Below, piece after piece: positions 16,784 through 23,832 of a DNA stretch of 47,251 nucleotides. Positions within the stretch are counted from its first letter, which is position 1. Each line of letters starts with the position of its first letter. A program made the translations under genes and the position numbers. Origin of the DNA: a virus (lineage: Duplodnaviria > Caudoviricetes). The stretch lies in IMG/VR virus record IMGVR_UViG_3300021411_000011, positions 1 to 47,251 of that record; one strand, written 5' to 3'. The notes beneath the pieces are model-generated. The model did no database searches, had not been told where the DNA came from, and saw only the letters and a program-made list of their open reading frames with translations.

Positions 16784-17415
16784 TGCGGCGGCCCGAACAC
16801 AGAGGCCCACGGCCCGTACAGTGCATCGAACTGGGTGTCGGTCACCAGGTCCTTGACGACCAGGGCGAGGGCAGCGTCCCGGGCAGCGTCCCGGGCAGCG
16901 CCCCAGACAGCGTCCCGGGCAGCGCCCCGGGCAGCGCCCCGGGCAGCGTCCCGGGCAGCGCCCCGGGCAGCGCCCCGGGCAGCGTCCCAGGCAGCGCCCC
17001 GGGCAGCGCCCCAGACAGCGTCCCGGGCAGCGTCCAGCCGGGTGATTTGGTCCGGGGTGGCCCCAGCGGCCTGGGCGATGAGCGCGACGACCTGCTCACC
17101 GTTGGGACCCAACGCCTGCCATGCGGGGACCTCCCGGACAACCCGGAGGGACCGGAACCCGTACTTGCGGCCTGACTGGGCGACGGGGCGGCCGGTGATC
17201 TCGAAGAGGCGGCAGGGGAACTTGCCGCCGATCAACGTCTCGGAGGGGGTGTCGGATGCGTGGTACACGGTGTCCGTGCAGCACTCGTACACGCCATCGT
17301 CGGAGGTGAGCCGCTTGAGGGGTTTGCCCGAGGCGAGGTGTCCGGCGTAGTCGACGGTGCCGGTATGGAAGTCCCTGCCTTCGGTGTCGGTCGCTTTGAA
17401 GTAGGTCTTGGTCAT
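16780..17415 (-). CDS. Phage protein with (A/V)(R/W)(D/G)A tetrapeptide repeats
   Basis: N-terminal YFKATD...CC...YHAS domain followed by about 13 ARDA/ARGA/VWGA units. Confidence 0.8.
   Translation of the reverse strand: MTKTYFKATDTEGRDFHTGTVDYAGHLASGKPLKRLTSDDGVYECCTDTVYHASDTPSETLIGGKFPCRLFEITGRPVAQSGRKYGFRSLRVVREVPAWQALGPNGEQVVALIAQAAGATPDQITRLDAARDAVWGAARGAAWDAARGAARGAARDAARGAARGAARDAVWGAARDAARDAALALVVKDLVTDTQFDALYGPWASVFGPPQ
16869..17034. repeat. 12-bp tandem repeat array (consensus GGGCAGCGYCCC), coding
   Basis: About 13-14 adjacent units visible in the sequence. Confidence 0.9.
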
Positions 17416-17655
17416 CTAGCGTGCGTCCTTTGCTCCGTCGATGTATCCGCGACCGTACTGGGCGTCCAGGGCGGCGTTCACGCAGTCCTGAAGATCCCGG
17501 GTGCGCTTGTCTCCCAGCTCGGGGCGCCTGTTCTCGATCATCCGATGCAGGGCCGACAGGCGGGCGTCAATGGCTTCCCCCGGTACCTGGGCCGCCGGCG
17601 TGGTGCCCGTACCAAGGTTCAGGGACGCGGGGCGCACAATGGGCTGTGTGGCCAT
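17416..17655 (-). CDS. Hypothetical protein
   Basis: Abuts neighbours, TGATG overlap. Confidence 0.6.
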   Translation of the reverse strand: MATQPIVRPASLNLGTGTTPAAQVPGEAIDARLSALHRMIENRRPELGDKRTRDLQDCVNAALDAQYGRGYIDGAKDAR

Positions 17656-17804
17656 CAGTTGTCCTTCGGCAGGGAGTCCGGGTGGGTGACCATCTCGTAC
17701 AGTTCGTGCTGCTCCGCACGCTTCTGTCCTTCATGCCAAAGGTGCTTGGCGACTTCCCCTTCGGGAACGGGGATCTCGAACGGAGTCAGGTCGTTGTCGG
17801 TCAT
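17655..17804 (-). CDS. Small hypothetical protein (not in ORF track)
   Basis: MTDNDLTPFEIPVPEGEVAKHLWHEGQKRAEQHELYEMVTHPDSLPKDN fills the gap exactly, with overlaps at both ends. Confidence 0.6.
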   Translation of the reverse strand: MTDNDLTPFEIPVPEGEVAKHLWHEGQKRAEQHELYEMVTHPDSLPKDN

Positions 17805-17998
17805 ACAAGCCTCTCTCGTTGTGCGGGCGGTGCGGGGGTGGGTCGGTCATCCACAAGCTTCGTCCAGCCTTTGCCCACCAGGGTGAGTGCCAGCTTCGTG
17901 GTGTGGTGGCCGCACAGGGTTATTTCGAGCAGGCCTTTCGTCCAGTGCGACAGGGCCGGAACTGTCGGTCCGCAGTGGTCGCACGTTTCGGTGGCCAC
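17801..17998 (-). CDS. Small Zn-binding hypothetical protein
   Basis: CDHCG...LCGHH pattern. Confidence 0.65.
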   Translation of the reverse strand: MATETCDHCGPTVPALSHWTKGLLEITLCGHHTTKLALTLVGKGWTKLVDDRPTPAPPAQRERLV

Positions 17999-18163
17999 CT
18001 AGTACCTGTCGGGGCGCTGGGCCCACTCGACCAGGTGGGGCAGGGTGCCGTTCTCCACGGCGGTGCGCGCCTTCCGGTTGCCGTAGAGCATGACCAGGGC
18101 GTTCAGGTCGGCTGCCTCGGTGGCGATGGCGGTGATCTCGGCGGGGCTCATCATGCGGTTCAT
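17999..18163 (-). CDS. Small hypothetical protein
   Basis: MNRMMSPAEI. RBS GAAGGA and ATGA overlap. Confidence 0.55.
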   Translation of the reverse strand: MNRMMSPAEITAIATEAADLNALVMLYGNRKARTAVENGTLPHLVEWAQRPDRY

Positions 18164-18393
18164 GCGTCCTTCTTCCGGCTGTTGTTGTACTCGGCGGCGG
18201 ATTGAGTGCACGGGGTGCAGCGACAGTTGTAGTTGACGTACCCGTTCCTTGAGCCGTGGACCCGGTTGGGGACGATGGTGGCCCGCCGAGCCCTTGCGTC
18301 CAGATGATAGGCGGTGTTGGCGTCCCGGCATCGGGCGCAACGGCACTTATGGTTGGTGTATGACGAGTACTTGCCGTGAGGAATGTACGTCAC
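18160..18393 (-). CDS. Tandem HG..Y.N..CRC..C zinc-finger protein
   Basis: HGKYSSYTNHKCRCARC and HGSRNGYVNYNCRCTPC. Confidence 0.7.
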   Translation of the reverse strand: MTYIPHGKYSSYTNHKCRCARCRDANTAYHLDARARRATIVPNRVHGSRNGYVNYNCRCTPCTQSAAEYNNSRKKDA

Positions 18394-18512
18394 GAGAAGA
18401 TCACCGACCCGAGGCCCCACGTCACCGCAAGGGCGACCAGGATGAACAGAACCGCCACTAGCGGCATCACGACCCCGTTGATCCACTTGTTGGGCCAGCG
18501 TTGCGGGTTCAT
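18390..18512 (-). CDS. Small membrane protein
   Basis: One hydrophobic span. RBS GAGGAG. Confidence 0.6.
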   Translation of the reverse strand: MNPQRWPNKWINGVVMPLVAVLFILVALAVTWGLGSVIFS

Positions 18513-18709
18513 CGGGTCTCCTCGTTGGGGCGGATCGGCGCCCAGTTGCGTTCCTGGGCGTTGGCTTCCTCGGTGACAGTCCACCCGGTGCTGATGAGGG
18601 TGGAGAAGTCGGCGAACACGTCCGCCATTTGCTCGATGGGAGTCTCGGCGGCGGTGAAGCGTTCCTCGGGCCCTGTGTGGGCGCGGATGGGCCGGATGCG
18701 GTTAGGCAT
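18509..18709 (-). CDS. Hypothetical protein
   Basis: RBS GGAAGTGG before MPNRIRP. Confidence 0.55.
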   Translation of the reverse strand: MPNRIRPIRAHTGPEERFTAAETPIEQMADVFADFSTLISTGWTVTEEANAQERNWAPIRPNEETR

Positions 18710-18959
18710 GGTCCACTTCCAGGATGAAAGCGATACGGGCAACCTGCTCCGGGGTGACACTCAGGCCGGCCAGGTTTATGGCGTCGGCGGCGAGCAGGCG
18801 CACCCCGCTTGCGCTGCCGAGCATGGCTCCCCGTTCGTCGCATTCGTCGTACAGGAAGTACGACCACCATCCGGGAGCGCGGCGGGACTTGTTGGCCAGG
18901 GCCAGGCACGTGGTGCCCGGTATGCGAATCATGCGGTCGGTCGCGGCGTTCACGGTCAA
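18702..18959 (-). CDS. Hypothetical protein
   Basis: TTGA overlap with the upstream gene. Confidence 0.55.
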   Translation of the reverse strand: MTVNAATDRMIRIPGTTCLALANKSRRAPGWWSYFLYDECDERGAMLGSASGVRLLAADAINLAGLSVTPEQVARIAFILEVDHA

Positions 18960-19111
18960 TGCCTCGCAGCGTCGTAGGCGGCGGTGTGTGTGGTGGCCCC
19001 GGCGGGGATGACCCCGTTCCGTAGGTCCCGCTTTCGCTCAACCTCTTCAGCTTCGGCGGCTGTGGTGGTTCGGAGGGAGCGCAGTCGGGCGGCGAACTCG
19101 GCCTCGGTCAT
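18956..19111 (-). CDS. First early gene, small hypothetical protein (not in ORF track)
   Basis: MTEAEFAARLRSLRTTTAAEAEEVERKRDLRNGVIPAGATTHTAAYDAARH. Its stop overlaps the next start. Confidence 0.6.
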   Translation of the reverse strand: MTEAEFAARLRSLRTTTAAEAEEVERKRDLRNGVIPAGATTHTAAYDAARH

Positions 19112-19156
19112 GGCCGATCATCTTCTTTCCTAGAGGAGGAAGGTTGTGCTCTTTCA

Positions 19157-19222
19157 GTGCCCGTGCCGGGTTTCGAACCCAACTGCCCACAGGTGACTGT
19201 GGGGCGACCACGGATACAGGCA
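19157..19222 (-). ncRNA. tRNA-like structured RNA in the early leader
   Basis: TGCCTGT/ACGGGCA 7-bp closing stem, CCCACAG-TCAC-CTGTGGG hairpin, and T-arm GTTGGG-TTCGAAA-CCCGGC. No D-stem, no 7-nt anticodon loop, no CCA. Confidence 0.6.
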
Positions 19223-19338
19223 TGTGGCTTGGTGCTTAAGGACTTTGAGGCTTCCATCGGACTGGTTACCGGCGGCTTTTACATCCGCTGAGGAGTGAGG
19301 CTCTGTGTCCCGTTCGTTCCCTTTGTGCCTATGTCTCA

Positions 19339-19367
19339 AGCTTGCTCGTGACGCACGCCATAGTCAA
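19339..19367 (-). promoter_or_regulatory. Candidate early lytic promoter
   Basis: TTGACT-17 nt-CAAGCT. The -10 is non-consensus at position 1. Confidence 0.5.
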
Positions 19368-19465
19368 GGTTCTGGGGCGGGCAATTTTGCCTGGTTCGCA
19401 CACCGGGCCCTGACCTGCACTTTCCGGACGCGCAACCCCCTAGCATTTTTGCGCTAGCTGTGCTC

Positions 19466-19495
19466 TTGACTCCCGGGGGGTGGTTCCTGCATGGT
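19466..19495 (+). promoter_or_regulatory. Candidate repressor promoter (divergent)
   Basis: TTGACT-18 nt-CATGGT upstream of the XRE gene. Confidence 0.4.
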
Positions 19496-19557
19496 TGGAC
19501 GCATGGCCAAACAGGCCTAAACGCGACACAGGTACTCGGGAAGGAGCGTGGTCCCGC

Positions 19558-19941
19558 ATGGGACGGAAGGGAGCGGCATTCGCGACGTGGCTTGATGCCA
19601 CACTCAGCGAAAAAAAGATCATGGGCCGGACGCTGGCCGAGAAGGTAGGCGTCAACGACTCGGCGGTCAGCAGGTGGCGTGCAGGCACGGCGGTACCCCC
19701 CATGGATACCCTGGCGCACATCGCCCAGGCCCTCGGCGCGGACCCCCTGCGCCTCGCCGTCACAGCAGGGCACCTGTCGTCCTCCGTGGCCGGGGTGGAG
19801 CCTTTGCCCGTACCACCGCCCACGGCCCGCCACGAAGCCGTGAAACGGCAGCTCGGGCACATCAAGGGCCTCACCCGGGAGTCCAGGCGGAAGCTCATGG
19901 AAACGTACGAGGAAATAGCGATGGAGGAGGAGCAGAAATGA
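19558..19941 (+). CDS. XRE-family HTH repressor (immunity repressor candidate)
   Basis: TLAEKVGVNDSAVSRWRAGTAVPPMDTLAHIAQALG. Divergent from the early operon, RBS GGAAGGAG. Confidence 0.85.
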   Translation: MGRKGAAFATWLDATLSEKKIMGRTLAEKVGVNDSAVSRWRAGTAVPPMDTLAHIAQALGADPLRLAVTAGHLSSSVAGVEPLPVPPPTARHEAVKRQLGHIKGLTRESRRKLMETYEEIAMEEEQK

Positions 19942-20240
19942 AAGACCCGGAAACAGTGTTCAGGCGGGCCCTGCTGTCAGGCGCCGTGGTGTGCTGGGCG
20001 GCATCGACAACCCTGTCGGTGCTGATCATAAACAAGACCATCGACCAGGTTGCGCACCCTGGAATCGGCCTCATCGTGTTCCTCATCCAAGGGCTCGCCA
20101 TCACCCTGACCATCGTGTGGGCACAGTTCAGGTTCCGAAGGGTCATGGTCGAGGTCCTGAAAGCCGGCATCGAACTGGGGCAGAACGCAGAGAAGGCCCC
20201 CACCCCCCCGAAGGGAAGTGAGGGCGACTACTCGGATTAG
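19938..20240 (+). CDS. Two-TM membrane protein
   Basis: ATGA-coupled to the repressor. Two hydrophobic spans. Confidence 0.75.
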   Translation: MKDPETVFRRALLSGAVVCWAASTTLSVLIINKTIDQVAHPGIGLIVFLIQGLAITLTIVWAQFRFRRVMVEVLKAGIELGQNAEKAPTPPKGSEGDYSD

Positions 20241-20467
20241 GCCGGGGGCTCTTCCTTTGTGGACAGGCCGACCCGGGCCAGAAGATCCTGGACGGAATCC
20301 AGGGCCATGACCCGGGCGACACCACCAGCAACGGCCAGGGCGCCGACGACGATCCCCGCCTGAAGGGGAACACCGGACGCGGCCAGGATGCCCGGAAGGG
20401 CAACCGCCAGGGCCACCCCCGCCTGAAGGGCCGTACGGATACTGCGCTTCGTGTCATTCGTTGCCAA
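20237..20467 (-). CDS. Putative holin
   Basis: KRSIRTALQAGVALAVALPGILAASG...GALAVAGGVARVMAL has two TM spans and resembles Streptomyces phage holins as I recall them. RBS GAGGTG before TTG. Confidence 0.65.
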   Translation of the reverse strand: MATNDTKRSIRTALQAGVALAVALPGILAASGVPLQAGIVVGALAVAGGVARVMALDSVQDLLARVGLSTKEEPPA

Positions 20468-20526
20468 CAGAACACACCTCATTTCAGATTTGAGCAAACC
20501 CCAACAACCGGAAGGTATTGAGGAAA

Positions 20527-20949
20527 ATGGGATTCTTCAGCACACAGAAGAAGGACGGTACACCCCTCGAAACGTTCGCCGAGATCAAGGCCCGCCAGGA
20601 AGCGGCCAGGGTCGCGAAGAAGCAGGCGAAGGCTGATGCGCCGAAGGACCCCGCGAAGGAAGCGAAAGCTGCCGCGAAGGCCCTCAAGCACCAAGTGAAG
20701 GTGGACCGCAAGCGGGACGCACGGGAAGCCGTGGGGCCTGTCGCCGTGGAGGTCACAGACAACCTGACCCGGGCCGCCGGCGGGTTCAACAACACGAAGG
20801 CCATGCGGTACCGGTGGCGGGTCTACTCGGCCACCACGGGGCGCACCCTGAAGGTCGGATACGCGTTCACGTACAAGTCGGCCGAGGACGTGGCGTACGC
20901 GTACGCCCGCAAGGTCGGCGTCGTCACCAGCGCCACCATGGGCGCCTGA
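20527..20949 (+). CDS. Basic hypothetical protein
   Basis: RBS GAGG. Lys/Ala-rich N-half, RYRWRVY...GYAFT C-domain. Confidence 0.7.
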   Translation: MGFFSTQKKDGTPLETFAEIKARQEAARVAKKQAKADAPKDPAKEAKAAAKALKHQVKVDRKRDAREAVGPVAVEVTDNLTRAAGGFNNTKAMRYRWRVYSATTGRTLKVGYAFTYKSAEDVAYAYARKVGVVTSATMGA

Positions 20950-21398
20950 TGCGCACCCGGGCGAAGGCCGCTGTCGTGACGGTTCTCCTCCTCGGCGGGA
21001 TCACCACCGGGATAGTGTCCTGCGGCGGGGGCGGGGGCGACAGCGGGGCCACCGCCCAGGACAGGATCCGTGTGTGGCAGCAGGCCACCACCGACGACCC
21101 CGGATTCCAGGCCGTGGACGCCGAAGTGAACAGCGGCGACGGGTTCGACACGACGAACTGTGACCTGTCCGTCAACGACACGAAGGCGTTCGCCGACCAC
21201 CACCCCGCCGCACCGTACGGCGAGAAGCACTGGCAGAAGGCCCTGGACAACCTGTCGAAGGAGATCAGGGCGGCCTGTGACGGGGACCTGACGAAGGCGG
21301 CGAAGTACGAGCAGGCGGCGGCGGATGAACTCGATGCCGCACAGGAGGCCATGACGGCCGCCCTGCATGGCAAGCCGATGCCGTCGATCTGGGACTGA
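20949..21398 (+). CDS. Putative lipoprotein
   Basis: MRTRAK, hydrophobic core, IVSC lipobox and Gly linker. TGATG overlap. Confidence 0.75.
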   Translation: MRTRAKAAVVTVLLLGGITTGIVSCGGGGGDSGATAQDRIRVWQQATTDDPGFQAVDAEVNSGDGFDTTNCDLSVNDTKAFADHHPAAPYGEKHWQKALDNLSKEIRAACDGDLTKAAKYEQAAADELDAAQEAMTAALHGKPMPSIWD

Positions 21399-21400
21399 CC

Positions 21401-21628
21401 GTGAAACCCGCCCGCGTCCCGAAGGTGTACCGCCCCCTCGCGAAGCAGGCGAGGCGGCAGCACTGGACGATCCGGCGCACCGGGGGCGGGCACCTGTGCT
21501 GGCGGTCACCGTCCGGAAGGAAAGTTTTCACCCCGTCGACGCCCAGTGAATACCGGGGCCTTGACAACGCCGAACACCAACTCCGGGATGCGGGGTTGCA
21601 CTTGAAAAGGAACGATCATCATGGCTGA
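21401..21628 (+). CDS. HicA-like toxin (dsRBD-fold mRNA interferase)
   Basis: 75 aa basic protein, WTIRRTGGGHLCWRSPSGRKVFTPSTPS...LRDAGL. Confidence 0.7.
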   Translation: MKPARVPKVYRPLAKQARRQHWTIRRTGGGHLCWRSPSGRKVFTPSTPSEYRGLDNAEHQLRDAGLHLKRNDHHG

Positions 21629-21878
21629 AATGGCGACACTGTACCTGTTCGCGGGGCCGCACCCCATCGAACACGTACGCGGGGAGATCACCGACGCCGA
21701 CCTGAGCGTTGTGCACGTCATCGACTTCGTGGGGAACGAGTGGGAGATCCCGTGGACGTCGATTCAGAAGGTCGGGTATCTGCCCGGCCTCGACAAGCCC
21801 ACGGCAGGGGCAGGGGCCAAGCGGGCGAATCCCGACGCCGAGGAAGCCACCGCCAGGGCACTGCGGGACCTGTCATGA
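21621..21878 (+). CDS. Hypothetical protein (possible antitoxin)
   Basis: Overlaps the HicA-like stop, RBS AAAGGA, acidic N-domain. Confidence 0.65.
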   Translation: MAEMATLYLFAGPHPIEHVRGEITDADLSVVHVIDFVGNEWEIPWTSIQKVGYLPGLDKPTAGAGAKRANPDAEEATARALRDLS

Positions 21879-21955
21879 CACCTGTGGTCGTCCGGAAGCT
21901 GCGAAGGGCACACGCGGCCTTGTGGGACTTCCTCGCCTGGTGTATCGCCCGCTGA
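21875..21955 (+). CDS. Possible 26-aa peptide
   Basis: ATGA overlap. MTPVVVRKLRRAHAALWDFLAWCIAR ends just before the terminator. Confidence 0.35.
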   Translation: MTPVVVRKLRRAHAALWDFLAWCIAR

Positions 21956-21962
21956 ACCCCCT

Positions 21963-21994
21963 GAAACCCCCCACCTGTTGCAGGTGGGGGTTTC
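21963..21994. terminator. Bidirectional intrinsic terminator
   Basis: GAAAC-CCCCCACCTG-TTG-CAGGTGGGGG-TTTC between convergent genes. Confidence 0.8.
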
Positions 21995-22003
21995 CTGTTG
22001 CTC

Positions 22004-23458
22004 TCAGTACCCGCCGACGCGGTTCGGGTCAGGGTCGAACTGGCCGACCCTTGCCGCCAGATCATGCCCGTCATCCGCGACCCCGTACTCCGTGGCCACA
22101 TACCCGATGGCGGCGGTGATCGAAGCAACCGGGTTGTAGATCATGTCCGACGCACCCGGGCAGTGATACCGGGCGAACGTCTGCGGAATGCACTGCACCA
22201 CACCACGCGAGCACTGATAGTTGGTGAGCACCCCGCCCAGGTTGCCACCCGGGTAGCCGTCCCCGAAGTCCGCAACCCGCGAGTACCCCGCGGGCGTCGT
22301 GTTGTTCGAGTCGTTGCGGTTGCACGCGTTCGGGTTGAACGAAGACTCCCGCGCCGCAGCGGTCTTGATCCCCACCGTCCAATTGTGCACTGCGGCCGGG
22401 GCGGTGATGCCCTTAAGCTTCAACGCCTGGGCGATCCACTGGTCGATGTTGCCACCGCCCGTATACCGGGCGTACGACACCCCGGTCTTGTTGTTGATCG
22501 GCACCGAAGTGACCCATGCGGTAGGCACCACCACCGGGGGCGGTGTGGTGCCGTCAACGAAATCCGGTGCGTATGTTCCCGTGAGCTGCGTGCCGACGTA
22601 CGACTTGGTTTCGACGCCCAGCCTGACGAACGACGTGGGACCCGGCACCCCGTTGGCGTCCCCGCCCGAGTAGCCCAGGTGGACTTGGTACTTGGCGTAC
22701 GCGGCCTGCGTGGTGGAACCGAAACCGCCGCGTCCGAACGAACCGGCCTTCATCCACCCGCCCTTAACCAGGGCATCCTGGACAACACCAACATCATCCT
22801 TCGGGTTGGACGGGCCGGGCTTCACCCGGTTCTCATCGGCCTCGGAATGCGTGGCGGACCACAGGACCTGAATGAACGACGCCTGCGGCAGGGCGTCCGC
22901 CGGGGGCGCGGCCGGTGCCAGATTCAGGGACGCCGTGGCCTTGTACGTTGAGCCGGCGACGTGGTGCACCGGGTCGGCCGTGACGATGCCCCCGGTGAAG
23001 TTGGGGTAACCGTAGCCGTACACGTACGCGTCGCGGCGGGCCCGCTTCTTCCGGTACACGCCGTCACCCTCGGCGGAGCCGTTGGTGTTGGTGTTCCCTT
23101 CGATGGTGTAAATGTAGTCGGCGTCGTAGGCGTACACGAACCCGACGTGGGAGCCCGCGCCGGGGCCGAAGAACACCAGGGCGCCCGCAGCGGGGTACGG
23201 GGAGACCCGGGAGCGGGCGCCGTACCAGGAATATCCGGCCGCAGTGGAAGCCGTCACCGGGCCAAGGGTCTTGATGCCAGCCGTTTGCAGACACCACGAC
23301 TGGAAGGTCATGCACCACGCCTGGTTCTGCGACCACTCCAGCCCGGGAACCGCCGGGGAGTACTTCTGAAGGTTGTTGTGGTTCGAACTGCCGTTGTTCT
23401 CCCGGTAGCCGACTTCCTTGTTCTCGACCTGATACAGCTTGTCTGACTGGGCGGTCAT
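22004..23458 (-). CDS. Endolysin: CHAP, peptidoglycan-binding and lytic transglycosylase domains
   Basis: AWCMTF...SHVGFV...TIEGNT (CHAP), DVGVVQDAL...FGSTTQAA...DANGVPG (PG-binding), RESSFNPNA...SRGVVQ.I..TF (SLT). Confidence 0.9.
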   Translation of the reverse strand: MTAQSDKLYQVENKEVGYRENNGSSNHNNLQKYSPAVPGLEWSQNQAWCMTFQSWCLQTAGIKTLGPVTASTAAGYSWYGARSRVSPYPAAGALVFFGPGAGSHVGFVYAYDADYIYTIEGNTNTNGSAEGDGVYRKKRARRDAYVYGYGYPNFTGGIVTADPVHHVAGSTYKATASLNLAPAAPPADALPQASFIQVLWSATHSEADENRVKPGPSNPKDDVGVVQDALVKGGWMKAGSFGRGGFGSTTQAAYAKYQVHLGYSGGDANGVPGPTSFVRLGVETKSYVGTQLTGTYAPDFVDGTTPPPVVVPTAWVTSVPINNKTGVSYARYTGGGNIDQWIAQALKLKGITAPAAVHNWTVGIKTAAARESSFNPNACNRNDSNNTTPAGYSRVADFGDGYPGGNLGGVLTNYQCSRGVVQCIPQTFARYHCPGASDMIYNPVASITAAIGYVATEYGVADDGHDLAARVGQFDPDPNRVGGY

Positions 23459-23832
23459 GTTGACCCTTCCTCTCGGTTGCCGTTGCTACTTGCGGGTGGA
23501 CTGTCGGGGAAGTACGTGAAGGGAATTTCCCTCAGCTCCGGGGGGAACGGCGACAGCGGGCGCCCCAGCCGGACATCGGTACGGATGTCGATGATGTGCC
23601 CCAGCGACACCCGCAACCACCGTTCCGTTTTGGACAGGCGGGAGTTGATTGTCTGAAACTGATCATTCATGGAGTCTTCGAGTTGCTTGAACGCTGTTTG
23701 GTCGACCTTCCGGTTTTCCATGTCGATGCGCGCCTGGTCAATTTTGGCACCCGACTTCGCCATGTACCGGACGCCGAGGAACGTGATGAGGCCACCGGCG
23801 ATGACGCCCAGGAAACCGAGTAGCTCATTCAT
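23455..23832 (-). CDS. Membrane-anchored coiled-coil lysis-region protein
   Basis: N-terminal TM followed by a coiled coil, directly upstream of the endolysin. Confidence 0.7.
   Translation of the reverse strand: MNELLGFLGVIAGGLITFLGVRYMAKSGAKIDQARIDMENRKVDQTAFKQLEDSMNDQFQTINSRLSKTERWLRVSLGHIIDIRTDVRLGRPLSPFPPELREIPFTYFPDSPPASSNGNREEGST

Noticed and set aside
19157-19222. Functional tRNA gene or attP
   Set aside because: No D-stem, a 4-nt loop instead of an anticodon loop and no CCA. There is no integrase to use it as attP. Kept only as a tRNA-like element.
19154-19898. Minus-strand ORFs 19154-19339, 19336-19860 and 19440-19898 as a cro gene
   Set aside because: No HTH pattern. They overlap the repressor or the promoter/leader region.
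20480-22003. Plus-strand block as a transposon or invertible segment
   Set aside because: I found no convincing terminal inverted repeats or target duplication, and no transposase.
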